DNA from: Bacteroidales bacterium
GTDB taxonomy: Bacteria; Bacteroidota; Bacteroidia; Bacteroidales; VadinHA17
NCBI GenBank assembly: GCA_030596125.1
Contig: JAUVKT010000002.1
Span: 8,011-72,010, forward strand
DNA: 64,000 bases
Direction of reading: 5' to 3'
Positions 19,555 through 29,267 of this stretch are shown here, one piece after another. Each line of letters begins with the position of its first letter. The first letter of the stretch is position 1. The notes under the pieces were generated by a model that did no database searches, was not told the origin of the DNA, and saw only the letters and a list, made by a program, of their open reading frames with translations. A program made the translations under genes and the position numbers.

Positions 19555-20584
19555 CGGGTTGATCAGTTAACTGGCCTGTTTTTGTGTTCCCGGTTTTTCT
19601 GAATAAAGAATATATAGAAACAGTACCTAAAATTGCAATCAGTATCAGTTGTGATTCGTGAGCTATGGTTGCATATACAAGTCCGTCTTCAAGGGAGATA
19701 TTATAAACGGTATACATGCCTCTTGATACTATCCAGTGATATGCCCCTATCCCTCCCTGGACAGGAGCCGCCATACCCAGACTTCCCAGAATCAAAATGA
19801 AGATCCCGTCTGCAAAAGCGAGATGCGATGTGGAGGGGATCATAAAGACAATTACCCAGGACATCAGAGCATAATTTATCCAGATAAAAAGCGTATGAAA
19901 AATAAATTCCGGTTTATCCTTCATTTTTAGAAAGGATTTCAGTCCGTTAAAGACCCCGTTCATAAATTCAGCGATCTTTTTAATGATGTTGATCTTAATC
20001 AACTTCTTCCTGTAATAGAAGGTAATGAATACCAGGAATGAAATAACGACTATAACGGTAATAATGAAAAGCGTTGAAAACCCGAAAATGGATATAATCT
20101 TGTTTTTAATGGGAAAAAAGACATCGTTTTTAAGAAAACCACCTATTATTTCACTCTTTAGCAGAATCATTACAAAGAGGATAATAAACAAGCTTAACAG
20201 GTCGAAGGCGCGTTCTGCTATTACAGTACCAAAAAGCTTATCGACAGGGATTTTCTCTTTTTTTCCCAATGCCACGCACCTCGAAAACTCTCCAACCCTG
20301 GGTAGTCCGAAATTAATAAGATAACCTGCCAGCAGGGCGTTATAGGTATTTTTTAAACCGGGGTTATATCCCAGAGGTCTTATCATTAATATCCACCGTC
20401 GCGCACGACTTATAAACGCAAAAATAGAAAAGGAAATTGAGAGTATCAGCCATGAATATTGTGCTGTTTTCAACTCATCAATTATCTTGCTCATCTCCAC
20501 TTTCCTGAAAGCTAAAAATAGCAGCAAACCGCCGAGGATCAGAAAAACAGTGATTTTAAAGATCTGATTAATCTTTTTCTTCAA
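19547..20584 (-). CDS. Polytopic membrane protein, UPF0104 / lysylphosphatidylglycerol-synthase-TM (flippase-like) family
   Basis: About 8 predicted TM segments. The TTG start lies 2 nt after the panD stop, and the gene overlaps the radA start by 8 nt. The family name is from memory. Confidence 0.72.
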   Translation of the reverse strand: MKKKINQIFKITVFLILGGLLLFLAFRKVEMSKIIDELKTAQYSWLILSISFSIFAFISRARRWILMIRPLGYNPGLKNTYNALLAGYLINFGLPRVGEFSRCVALGKKEKIPVDKLFGTVIAERAFDLLSLFIILFVMILLKSEIIGGFLKNDVFFPIKNKIISIFGFSTLFIITVIVVISFLVFITFYYRKKLIKINIIKKIAEFMNGVFNGLKSFLKMKDKPEFIFHTLFIWINYALMSWVIVFMIPSTSHLAFADGIFILILGSLGMAAPVQGGIGAYHWIVSRGMYTVYNISLEDGLVYATIAHESQLILIAILGTVSIYSLFRKTGNTKTGQLTDQPDG

Positions 20585-20586
20585 AA

Positions 20587-20937
20587 TCAGACAAGTTTAT
20601 TTGTAGCAGTATCGGGGAATACCAGGTTCGGTTTAAAAGATCCGGCCTCTTTATTATCCATCATTGCATAGGCAATAATAATTACAACATCTCCTACGGC
20701 CACTTTCCTGGCAGCAGGGCCGTTCAGGCATACTGCCCCTGAGTCTCTTTCGCCCTTAATGACGTAGGTCTCAAGTCTTTCACCATTATTGATGTTTACA
20801 ATCTGGACCTTTTCATTCTCGATAATATTGGCAGCATCCATCAAATCTTCATCTATAGTAATACTTCCAACATACTGAAGATTTGCCTCGGTTACCGAGA
20901 CTTTGTGAATTTTTGATTTTACTACTTCAATCCACAT
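20587..20937 (-). CDS. panD: Aspartate 1-decarboxylase
   Basis: 116 aa with [23 protein letters not shown], which contains the Gly-Ser self-cleavage site. Confidence 0.96.
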   Translation of the reverse strand: MWIEVVKSKIHKVSVTEANLQYVGSITIDEDLMDAANIIENEKVQIVNINNGERLETYVIKGERDSGAVCLNGPAARKVAVGDVVIIIAYAMMDNKEAGSFKPNLVFPDTATNKLV

Positions 20938-20974
20938 AATTGTCGTTGTAAATAGTTATACGGTACAAAGGTAA

Positions 20975-21841
20975 TCAACCTTTCGCAAATGAGAAAGAAA
21001 ACTCTACATTATCGATCAACCGGACATTTCCTGCAAATACGGCAATACATCCGTAATATTTTGCCGAAGGATCAATTATACTCTCTTTTGTAATGCTTTC
21101 GAGTGTTTTGTCGTTGACAATTTCAAAGTATTCGGTTCTGAATTCTTCAATGCTGTCGATTGTCTTTATTATTGCTGAGGAGGTCTCACAAATTTTTCCC
21201 GGATCGGTAATTACATTGTGGTTTTTTAATGTTTTATATATGATGGATGCTTTTGACCTTATATTATTGGTCAGGAGTTTGTTACGTGAACTCATGGCCA
21301 GACCTGTTGATTCTCTGAGGGTAGGGCATCCGGTTACCTCAATTTTCATTTCCAGCCTGCGAACCATCTCCTTTATTATTACCAATTGCTGAAAATCTTT
21401 TTGTCCGAAAAATGCTCTGTCGGGATCAATAATCTCAAACAATAACTTAACAACCCTTACAACGCCTGAGAAATGACCCGGCCGGTGCTTCCCCTCCAAT
21501 ACCTTATCAAGATTTCCCAGGTCGGGAATTACAGGATTTTCAAAACTATATAAGTCATCCGCCTGTGGTGTAAAAACTATATCATTATCGGATAAGATAT
21601 TGTCAAGGAGTTTGAGATCACTCTCAATATCGCGGGGGTATTTTTTGAGATCACCGGGATCGTTAAACTGTGTAGGATTTATGAAGATACTTACTACAGT
21701 TGTTGTGGTTTTTGATTTAGATTCTTTTATAAGAGAGAGGTGTCCCTTATGTAAAGCACCCATTGTGGGAACAAACCCTATTTCGCCAACACTCTTCTTA
21801 AGCAACTCTTTTAAAACTGTTACACTTTCAGCCAGGATCAT
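20975..21841 (-). CDS. panC: Pantoate--beta-alanine ligase
   Basis: FVPTMGALHKGHLSL (HxGH) and FGQKDFQQ motifs. 288 aa. Confidence 0.96.
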   Translation of the reverse strand: MILAESVTVLKELLKKSVGEIGFVPTMGALHKGHLSLIKESKSKTTTTVVSIFINPTQFNDPGDLKKYPRDIESDLKLLDNILSDNDIVFTPQADDLYSFENPVIPDLGNLDKVLEGKHRPGHFSGVVRVVKLLFEIIDPDRAFFGQKDFQQLVIIKEMVRRLEMKIEVTGCPTLRESTGLAMSSRNKLLTNNIRSKASIIYKTLKNHNVITDPGKICETSSAIIKTIDSIEEFRTEYFEIVNDKTLESITKESIIDPSAKYYGCIAVFAGNVRLIDNVEFSFSFAKG

Positions 21842-21895
21842 TATTTATCTGAAACTTTATGATGTGATACTATCATCAAAGGTATGATAAAAATG

Positions 21896-22003
21896 GTTGA
21901 GAAGAAGTTAAAAGTGACTAAAGTTTGAAGTGACTAAAGTTGGGAGGTTGAGGAGTTTAGGGGTTTAGAATACGAGAAGGGGGGAGTGGGGGAATGGAGA
22001 ATC
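21896..22003 (+). repeat. Modular repeat array C, continuing into a G-run motif
   Basis: GTTGAGAAGAA GTTAAAA GTGACTAAA GTTTGAA GTGACTAAA GTTGGGAG GTTGAGGAG ..., then GAAGGGGGGAGTGGGGGAATGGAGAAT (21976-22002). It lies in the divergent panC/glgA intergenic region. Confidence 0.85.
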
Positions 22004-22113
22004 TGTTTCGTGGACAGCTTTACTATCCGGGTCCTCAATTCCTGGTACACGAGACCAGTTCTCTGCCCAATATATTCCAAAACTACATATTTATATAAGT
22101 AAATATTTTTTTC

Positions 22114-22121
22114 TATCTTTG
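22114..22121 (+). promoter_or_regulatory. Candidate -7 promoter box (TAnnTTTG) for the short glycogen-synthase gene
   Basis: TATCTTTG lies 36 nt upstream of ATG 22157, downstream of array C. Confidence 0.35.
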
Positions 22122-22156
22122 CATTCTGTTAGAACTAAGGCTTATCGTGATATAGG

Positions 22157-22963
22157 ATGGATAACAAAAAGGTATTATTTGTTTCTCAGGAGATAACCCC
22201 GTACTTAAGCGAATCAGAAATTTCCAGGATCAGTCGCTATTTACCTCAGGGCATTCAGGAACGGGGTAAGGAGATCAGGACATTTATGCCCAGATATGGG
22301 AGTATTAACGAGAGAAGGAACCAATTGCATGAGGTTATTCGCCTTTCAGGAATGAACCTTATTATCGATGATACTGATCATCCTCTGATTATTAAAGTAG
22401 CTTCGATACAGGCTGCAAGAATGCAGGTCTATTTTATTGATAATGAGGATTATTTTTATCGTAAGCAGGTGATGAAGGATTTAAAGGGAGTTGAATTTGC
22501 CGATAATGATGAAAGGGTTATATTCTTCTCGAGGGGGGTTATTGAGACAGTGAAAAAGCTGAGATGGGCCCCGGATATAGTGCATTGTCACGGCTGGATG
22601 TCTGCCTTAGTGCCAATTTACCTTCGTAAAGTATATTATGACGATCCTCTCTTCAGTGAATTAAAAATTGTCTTCTCGATATACAATAATGATTTCAAAA
22701 GCCCGTTTAGAGATACGTTTGCAGGGAAGCTTGTTTCCGATGGTATTGGGGAGAGTGATCTTGAGTTAGCCAGGGATCCCAATTTTATTAATATTTCGAA
22801 ATTAGCAATAGATCACTCAGATGGCATAATTATTGGTAGTAAAGAGATAAATAAGGACATTGAGAAATATATTGAGAGCCTTGATAAACCGATATTGGGA
22901 TACCAGGGAGATGAAGATTATATTGATGAGTATAATGACTTTTATGACAAACTTTCACAATAA
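22157..22963 (+). CDS. Glycogen/starch synthase, short Bacteroidota form
   Basis: 268 aa with the N-terminal VLFVSQEITPY... motif and HCHGWMSALVPIY. It has the usual position divergent from panC and upstream of a DUF4270 gene. Confidence 0.85.
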   Translation: MDNKKVLFVSQEITPYLSESEISRISRYLPQGIQERGKEIRTFMPRYGSINERRNQLHEVIRLSGMNLIIDDTDHPLIIKVASIQAARMQVYFIDNEDYFYRKQVMKDLKGVEFADNDERVIFFSRGVIETVKKLRWAPDIVHCHGWMSALVPIYLRKVYYDDPLFSELKIVFSIYNNDFKSPFRDTFAGKLVSDGIGESDLELARDPNFINISKLAIDHSDGIIIGSKEINKDIEKYIESLDKPILGYQGDEDYIDEYNDFYDKLSQ

Positions 22964-24275
22964 TCTTTCCAGTTCAGGAAAGAGTGAATTTTCAGCTTAC
23001 GTTTTAAGATCTGTATCAAGAAAAATTTTTCTGCCGCTCCTTACGGTAATGGTTCTGTTAGCCGGTTGCGAGGAAGATCCTACTGATATTGGCAGTGGTA
23101 TTCTGCCTGAGGCTGACTTTGTTAATATGGTCTCAACAGATACATTTTCTATAGATACATATACGCTGTATTTTGATACGTTAAGGTCTGTCAATCCCAC
23201 TTATTCATATTTAGGAAGTTTATATAGTCCATATTTCGGGTTAACATTTTCGGATTTTGTTTCTCAACTATGGCTTTACAGTTCATGGCCGGCTGCAGGA
23301 GCTATTGTCGATTCATTAATACTTTCTCTCCATGTTGCTGATGTTGTTGGCGAAATTGTCGGAGATCAGGAAGTAAATATATATGAGGTTGATGAGTTTA
23401 TGCATTTCGATTCTGTATATTATACCAACAGGAGTGTCCCTCCGATAAAGCAGTTTCTTGGTTCATTCACAATTTCACCGGGGACAGAGGGTGATACAGT
23501 TTTGCTGGTTCATCTACCGCTGACAATGGCTGATGAACTTATACGTGATACTACTATGTTGTTTCTCTCCTCTGAAGTTGATGACTTCAGGAATTATTTC
23601 AACGGACTCTATTTTGAATATCCACAGACAGACAATCGTCATCTGTTAAAGTTAAATATGCTGGGAGGAAACTCCGCTATTTCAATGTACTACAAGGATA
23701 CTTTAGAAACTTCACGATCATTTACATTCCTTTTTAATACCAGGGCTGTTCTTTATAACAGGTACCAGCACGATTTTGAAGCAGCAGATCCTGAGAAGAA
23801 AATTAAATATATTAATCAACCTGTGAAGGATACCCTGACTTATGTTCAGGGTATGAATGGGGTATTTACCAAAATTCATATACCGGGGCTGGAGGGACTG
23901 AAGAATGAAATGCCTGTTAGTATTAATAAAGCAAGACTTTTCTTACCAGTTTATGTTAATGATACTGACTTCACCGAAGATCTTATTCCCGAGATAGTAA
24001 TAGCCAGGTATGTTGACAGTGATGGGGTAAGGAAGTATCTTCCTGACTTTATTCTTAGCCCTGAGTTTTTTGACGGGTCATATAATGCTATTACTGACAG
24101 GTTTGTAATTAATATTGCAAATTTTGTTCAGCAATATCTTAACGGAGAAATTCCGGAACCTGTTATTGAGATCGTGTTGTCATCATTTGATGAGAAGAAT
24201 CTTATATTAAGGGCAAATGATGCTGTTATCTCTCCACATATAGAGATAGTTTATACTGATTTGAATAGCTTGTAA
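22944..24275 (+). CDS. DUF4270-like lipoprotein
   Basis: Lipobox ...LTVMVLLAGC. I chose ATG 22944, but 22935 is equally possible. The first roughly 28 codons of ORF 22860 overlap the glgA 3' end. The family is inferred from synteny, from memory. Confidence 0.7.
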   Translation: MTNFHNNLSSSGKSEFSAYVLRSVSRKIFLPLLTVMVLLAGCEEDPTDIGSGILPEADFVNMVSTDTFSIDTYTLYFDTLRSVNPTYSYLGSLYSPYFGLTFSDFVSQLWLYSSWPAAGAIVDSLILSLHVADVVGEIVGDQEVNIYEVDEFMHFDSVYYTNRSVPPIKQFLGSFTISPGTEGDTVLLVHLPLTMADELIRDTTMLFLSSEVDDFRNYFNGLYFEYPQTDNRHLLKLNMLGGNSAISMYYKDTLETSRSFTFLFNTRAVLYNRYQHDFEAADPEKKIKYINQPVKDTLTYVQGMNGVFTKIHIPGLEGLKNEMPVSINKARLFLPVYVNDTDFTEDLIPEIVIARYVDSDGVRKYLPDFILSPEFFDGSYNAITDRFVINIANFVQQYLNGEIPEPVIEIVLSSFDEKNLILRANDAVISPHIEIVYTDLNSL

Positions 24276-24294
24276 CCCGTCAGACAAAAACAGG

Positions 24295-25347
24295 TTATCT
24301 GCGAAGATATTGTTGTTCGTAATATTTCCCGTAATCCCCTGATATAACTTCATTCATCCATTGCTGATTTGAGAGATACCATTCGACGGTTTTTTCAAGG
24401 CCATCATGGAAATTATGGGCGGGAGTCCATTCTAACTGTTTTGATATGCGTGAATTATCAATCGCATAACGCAGATCATGGCCGGCCCTGTCTTTTACAA
24501 AAGTGAGGAGCTTTTCTGATTCACCCTTTTCCCGGTTTAGCCTGTCATCCATAATTCCGCACAACAGCTTCAGGAGATCAATATTTTTCCACTCATTATT
24601 TCCTCCGATATTGTAAGTGCATCCCGGCTTACCTTTATGGAACACTCTGTCGATAGCAGAGGCATGGTCTCCTACATAAAGCCAGTCCCTGATATTCTCA
24701 CCTTTTCCATAAACGGGAACCGGTTTATTATTCTTTATGTTATTTATTGCAAGGGGTATTAATTTTTCGGGAAACTGGTTGGGTCCGTAGTTGTTTGAGC
24801 AATTTGAAATTACAACAGGCAGAGAATAGGTATTATGATATGCTCTTACAAGGTGGTCGGCACTGGCTTTGGAGGCTGAATACGGACTTTTAGGATCGTA
24901 GGGAGTATCCTCGGTAAAGAGTCCGTTTTCACCCAAAGATCCATAAACCTCATCTGTCGAGATCTGATAAAACAGCTTGCTCTCATAACTTTGCCATCCG
25001 TTCCTGCAGGCATTTAACAGATTAACAGTTCCATTGATATTGGTATGGATAAATTCGTCGGGCGAAGTAATGGACCGGTCGACATGTGATTCGGCAGCAA
25101 GGTGGATAACCCCGAAAAAGTCAAACCTGTTAAACAGACCATTTACATCATCCTTATTAACAATATCAATTTTTTCAAACCTGTAATTTTCAGCGTTTTC
25201 TAAATCTGAAAGATTTGCAAGATTACCGGCATAGGTAAGATTATCAGCATTAACTATAAGATAATCGGGATAGCGGGTCACGAATCTTCTGACAACATGT
25301 GACCCGATAAAACCGGCGCCTCCTGTTATTAAAATTGTTTTTTTCAT
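24295..25347 (-). CDS. rfbB: dTDP-glucose 4,6-dehydratase
   Basis: Rossmann motif GGAGFIGSH and catalytic YSASKASAD (YxxxK). 350 aa. Confidence 0.95.
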   Translation of the reverse strand: MKKTILITGGAGFIGSHVVRRFVTRYPDYLIVNADNLTYAGNLANLSDLENAENYRFEKIDIVNKDDVNGLFNRFDFFGVIHLAAESHVDRSITSPDEFIHTNINGTVNLLNACRNGWQSYESKLFYQISTDEVYGSLGENGLFTEDTPYDPKSPYSASKASADHLVRAYHNTYSLPVVISNCSNNYGPNQFPEKLIPLAINNIKNNKPVPVYGKGENIRDWLYVGDHASAIDRVFHKGKPGCTYNIGGNNEWKNIDLLKLLCGIMDDRLNREKGESEKLLTFVKDRAGHDLRYAIDNSRISKQLEWTPAHNFHDGLEKTVEWYLSNQQWMNEVISGDYGKYYEQQYLRR

Positions 25348-25375
25348 TACTGGTGAGTTTGTGGTGGTTGGGGTT

Positions 25376-26404
25376 TTAGTGCTTCGACTTGCATTTCTGT
25401 TCCCAGTCCCACGCCGATTTTATAGCTTCGTCGAGCGTGCTTACTGTTTTCCATTTTAGCTCATTGTTTGCATAGGAGGGATCGGCCCATATCTGTTCAA
25501 TATCCCCGGCTCTTCTGCCTTCCACCTTGTAATTGAGTTTCAGTCCGGATACTCTTTCAAATGATTTGATAGCTTCAAATACCGAGACCCCGGTTCCTGT
25601 TCCCAGGTTAAAAATCTCGTAGTTATTTTTCATATTCCCTTCCAGTATGCGCTTAAGTGCAGCGACATGTGCTTTAGCAAGATCAACAACATGAAGGTAA
25701 TCTCTGATACATGAACCGTCAGGGGTGTTATAATTATCGCCAAAAACTTTTAGTTGTTTTCTGATCCCGATACCTGTTTGTGTTATAAATGGGACAAGGT
25801 TCTCAGGTACTCCTCTCGGGAGCTCTCCGATCAGGGCAGTAGGGTGGGCGCCGACAGGGTTAAAATATCTGAGTGAAACTGCTTTCAGGTTACCTGATGA
25901 TGTTACCGCATCTCTTATAATATCTTCACCTATTTGTTTAGTATTGCCATAAGGTGAGACAGCAGGTTGTAAAGGCTCCTTTTCAGTAACCGGCAGCCTG
26001 ACCGGTTGTCCATATACAGTGCAGGAAGAGGAGAATACCATGCTTCCTGTTTTGAACTGGTTCATTGATTCAAGAAGGTTCATCAGGGAAACCAGGTTGT
26101 TATGATAGTATAAAAGGGGTTTGTTTACCGATTCTCCTACTGCTTTTAATGCTGCAAAATGAATAACGGCATCAATATCTGTATTGTTTCTGAAAAAATC
26201 TACAACTTTATTCCTGTCACACAGGTCAAATTCTTCAAACTCCGGCCTGACACCTGTTATTTTTTCAATACCATCAATTACCTCTTTCTCTGAGTTACAA
26301 AGGTTATCGATAATAATAACATCGAAACCTTCCTGTTGAAGTTCAACAGTAGTATGGGAACCGATATAACCTGTTCCGCCGGTTACAATAATTTTCTTAG
26401 CCAT
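25376..26404 (-). CDS. galE: UDP-glucose 4-epimerase
   Basis: GGTGYIGSH and YGNTKQ (YxxxK). 342 aa. Confidence 0.93.
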   Translation of the reverse strand: MAKKIIVTGGTGYIGSHTTVELQQEGFDVIIIDNLCNSEKEVIDGIEKITGVRPEFEEFDLCDRNKVVDFFRNNTDIDAVIHFAALKAVGESVNKPLLYYHNNLVSLMNLLESMNQFKTGSMVFSSSCTVYGQPVRLPVTEKEPLQPAVSPYGNTKQIGEDIIRDAVTSSGNLKAVSLRYFNPVGAHPTALIGELPRGVPENLVPFITQTGIGIRKQLKVFGDNYNTPDGSCIRDYLHVVDLAKAHVAALKRILEGNMKNNYEIFNLGTGTGVSVFEAIKSFERVSGLKLNYKVEGRRAGDIEQIWADPSYANNELKWKTVSTLDEAIKSAWDWEQKCKSKH

Positions 26405-26406
26405 TT

Positions 26407-27696
26407 TTAAAGACTCCAGTATGAAATTGAACTTATTTTATCCCTTAATATACCTTTAACATCAACCAGAATTCCTTTCTTATCAAGAAGGTTTGCAAAG
26501 TAGGTTTCATCCAGATCCATATACTCCTCGTGGTTAACAGCTACAATTACAGCATCATAAACGCCTGTAGGTTTATCGACCAGATCAATATCGTATTCAT
26601 GTTTTACCTCAGAGGCTACTGCTTTGGGGTCAGCTACCTCCACAATAACGCCAAAATCATTCAGCTCATCTACTACATCAACTACTTTCGAGTTACGTAT
26701 GTCAGAAACATTCTCTTTAAAGGTGATTCCCATAATCAGAACCCTTGCTCCTTTGGGACTCCTGGATGAGGCAATGATCTTTTTAACAGTTTGTTTACCT
26801 ATATACCTTCCCATACTGTCGTTAATAAAACGACCTGAGTCGATCATCTGGGGGTGGTAACCCAGCTCCTTGGCTTTGAAAGAGAGGTAATAAGGATCTA
26901 CACCAATGCAATGCCCACCTACAAGTCCGGGATAAAAATTAAGGAAATTCCATTTTGTGCCGGCAGCTTCAAGAACTTCGAAGGTATTGATGTTCAATTT
27001 ATTAAAGATTATCGACAGCTCGTTCATAAAGGCGATGTTAATATCCCTCTGTGTGTTTTCGATAATCTTTGAAGCCTCTGCCACCATAATAGAGCTTGCC
27101 CGGTGTACGCCTGCTTCGATTATAAGCTCGTAGGTTTTTGCTATATTTTCGGCCGACTCCCCATCACAGCCACTTGTAACCTTTACAATTGATGTTAATG
27201 TATTCTTTTTGTCGCCGGGGTTTATTCTTTCAGGACTGAATCCTACCTTAAAATCATCACCCATTTTCAGGGCAGAAAATTTCTCCAGAACAGGAGCGCA
27301 GTCTTCCTCGGTGCATCCGGGATAAACAGTTGATTCATATACAACATAGTCTCCTTTCTTAAGAATCATACCAACAGTCTCTGAAGCTTTTAAGATAGGA
27401 TTAAGATCGGGGAGATTATGCTTATTAACAGGTGTGGGAACTGCTATTATATGAAATGATGCCTCCCTTATATCTTCGGCATATGATGTAAATTTAATAT
27501 TTCTTTCTTTGAAATCTTCTGCATCCAGTTCATTGCTGGGATCGATACCTTTTTTCATCAGTTCGACACGGTCGGAATTAATATCAAACCCGATAACATC
27601 TACTTTCTTAGCAAATTCAAGCGCAATCGGCAGTCCGACATATCCCAGTCCTATTACTGATATTTTGGTCTTTTTGTTAATTAATTTTTCGTACAT
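26407..27696 (-). CDS. wbpA: UDP-N-acetyl-D-hexosamine 6-dehydrogenase (WbpA/TviB-like nucleotide-sugar dehydrogenase)
   Basis: N-terminal VIGLGYVGLP Rossmann motif and catalytic-Cys region GGHCIGVDPYY. Its context with wbpB/D/E-like genes supports the call. Confidence 0.85.
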   Translation of the reverse strand: MYEKLINKKTKISVIGLGYVGLPIALEFAKKVDVIGFDINSDRVELMKKGIDPSNELDAEDFKERNIKFTSYAEDIREASFHIIAVPTPVNKHNLPDLNPILKASETVGMILKKGDYVVYESTVYPGCTEEDCAPVLEKFSALKMGDDFKVGFSPERINPGDKKNTLTSIVKVTSGCDGESAENIAKTYELIIEAGVHRASSIMVAEASKIIENTQRDINIAFMNELSIIFNKLNINTFEVLEAAGTKWNFLNFYPGLVGGHCIGVDPYYLSFKAKELGYHPQMIDSGRFINDSMGRYIGKQTVKKIIASSRSPKGARVLIMGITFKENVSDIRNSKVVDVVDELNDFGVIVEVADPKAVASEVKHEYDIDLVDKPTGVYDAVIVAVNHEEYMDLDETYFANLLDKKGILVDVKGILRDKISSISYWSL

Positions 27697-27698
27697 AA

Positions 27699-28658
27699 TT
27701 ATTTTATCAAATGTTTAACCATTGGATGTATTTCTCCTGTTGAAACAACAGATTTGCTGTTTCTTATCTGGTGGGCAATCTCAACTGATTTCTTTGCATC
27801 TTCAAGTCCAAAACCATTCCCCTTCAATATATCTCTGTATGTGCTGTTATGGAGGTCTGTAAAACCTTCGCTGAATTCGATCTCTTTGCCCTCAATGGTA
27901 ATTGACCTGTAGGTTCTTTGTCCGGAATTAACTGCTGAATCGGGCAGATCATTTGAATCAAGGCTAAGGAACCACCTGACCCTTGCTTTTTCAAGTTCGA
28001 GATAACCTCCTGCCTTATCCGGTTCAGAGAGATGTACATAACTACCCTTTACATCACCGAATATCCATGTAAGCATATCAAAGAAATGAATACCAATATT
28101 GGTTGCTACTCCCCCCGATTTTTGTATATCCCCTTTCCATGAGAACCTGTACCAGTTACCCCTGCATGTAATATAAGAAAGGTCGATATCGTGGATTATA
28201 TCCACAGGTTCATTGCTTATTTTTTCTTTAAGTGCAATGATCGAAGGATGGAGCCGGAGTTGCAATACCGTATAGACCTTTCTGCCGGTCTCCCTTTCAA
28301 TCTCCTGCAGTGCATCTACATTCCAAGGGTTAAGAACTATTGGTTTTTCGCAGATTGCATCAGCCTGGTGCCGCAGGGCAAACCGGATATGTGAGTCATG
28401 GAGAAAATTAGGAGAGCATATTGACACATAATCTATGTGTGTACCGGTGCGCTTAAGCTTTTCAAAATGGCGGTCGAACCGTTCAAATTCGACAAAGAAG
28501 TCACTCTGAGGAAAATAGCTGTCAATTATACCTACACTGTCAAAGGGATCAAGGCTGGCAAGTAATATGTTACCTGTCTCTTTAATAGCTTTAAGATGTC
28601 TTATAGCAATGTATCCTGCTACGCCTATCAGGCCAAAATTTTTAGGTTTATCTGCCAT
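27699..28658 (-). CDS. wbpB: Gfo/Idh/MocA oxidoreductase, WbpB-like (UDP-GlcNAcA 3-dehydrogenase)
   Basis: N-terminal FGLIGVAGYIAIRHLKAIKETGN...DSVGIIDSYFP resembles WbpB-type enzymes. It is 2 nt from the wbpA-like gene. Confidence 0.85.
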   Translation of the reverse strand: MADKPKNFGLIGVAGYIAIRHLKAIKETGNILLASLDPFDSVGIIDSYFPQSDFFVEFERFDRHFEKLKRTGTHIDYVSICSPNFLHDSHIRFALRHQADAICEKPIVLNPWNVDALQEIERETGRKVYTVLQLRLHPSIIALKEKISNEPVDIIHDIDLSYITCRGNWYRFSWKGDIQKSGGVATNIGIHFFDMLTWIFGDVKGSYVHLSEPDKAGGYLELEKARVRWFLSLDSNDLPDSAVNSGQRTYRSITIEGKEIEFSEGFTDLHNSTYRDILKGNGFGLEDAKKSVEIAHQIRNSKSVVSTGEIHPMVKHLIK

Positions 28659-28685
28659 TGACTCATAGATTAGGGAACAAAACTA

Positions 28686-29264
28686 CTAATTAATTTTTGA
28701 AACTCTGTCGCCGTGTAGTTGGTATTTTTCTCCACTTTCAGGGCAAGTTGCTATACCGTTTTGATCAAATTCCAGGCGATGCCCGAATTCACTCATCCAT
28801 CCGATATGGCAGGCAGGATTTCCTATAACCAGTGAATAGTCTTTTACCTCACGGGTTACTACGGCGCCAGCTCCAATAAATGCATATTTACCAATATCGT
28901 GTCCGCAGATAATTGTTGCATTCGCTCCTATTGATGCCCCTTTTCCAACGAGAGTCCTGACATACTCATCTTTTCTGATAACTGCACTTCTGGGGTTAAC
29001 AATATTTGTGAAGACCATTGACGGACCCAGAAAAACGTCATCTTCACAAATAACCCCTGTATAAATCGAAATGTTGTTCTGTACCTTCACATTTTTCCCC
29101 AGTTTAACGTCGGGAGACACAACAACATTCTGTCCGATATTGCACTTCTCACCGATTTCACACCTGCTCATGATATGAGAAAAATGCCATATTTTTGTTC
29201 CTTTACCGATATTACATCCCTCGTCTATAACGGCTGTTTCGTGTGCAAAAAAGTCTTTATCCAT
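28686..29264 (-). CDS. wbpD: Hexapeptide-repeat N-acetyltransferase, WbpD-like
   Basis: Left-handed beta-helix repeats throughout. 192 aa, lying between the aminotransferase and the oxidoreductase. Confidence 0.85.
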   Translation of the reverse strand: MDKDFFAHETAVIDEGCNIGKGTKIWHFSHIMSRCEIGEKCNIGQNVVVSPDVKLGKNVKVQNNISIYTGVICEDDVFLGPSMVFTNIVNPRSAVIRKDEYVRTLVGKGASIGANATIICGHDIGKYAFIGAGAVVTREVKDYSLVIGNPACHIGWMSEFGHRLEFDQNGIATCPESGEKYQLHGDRVSKIN

Positions 29265-29267
29265 AAT

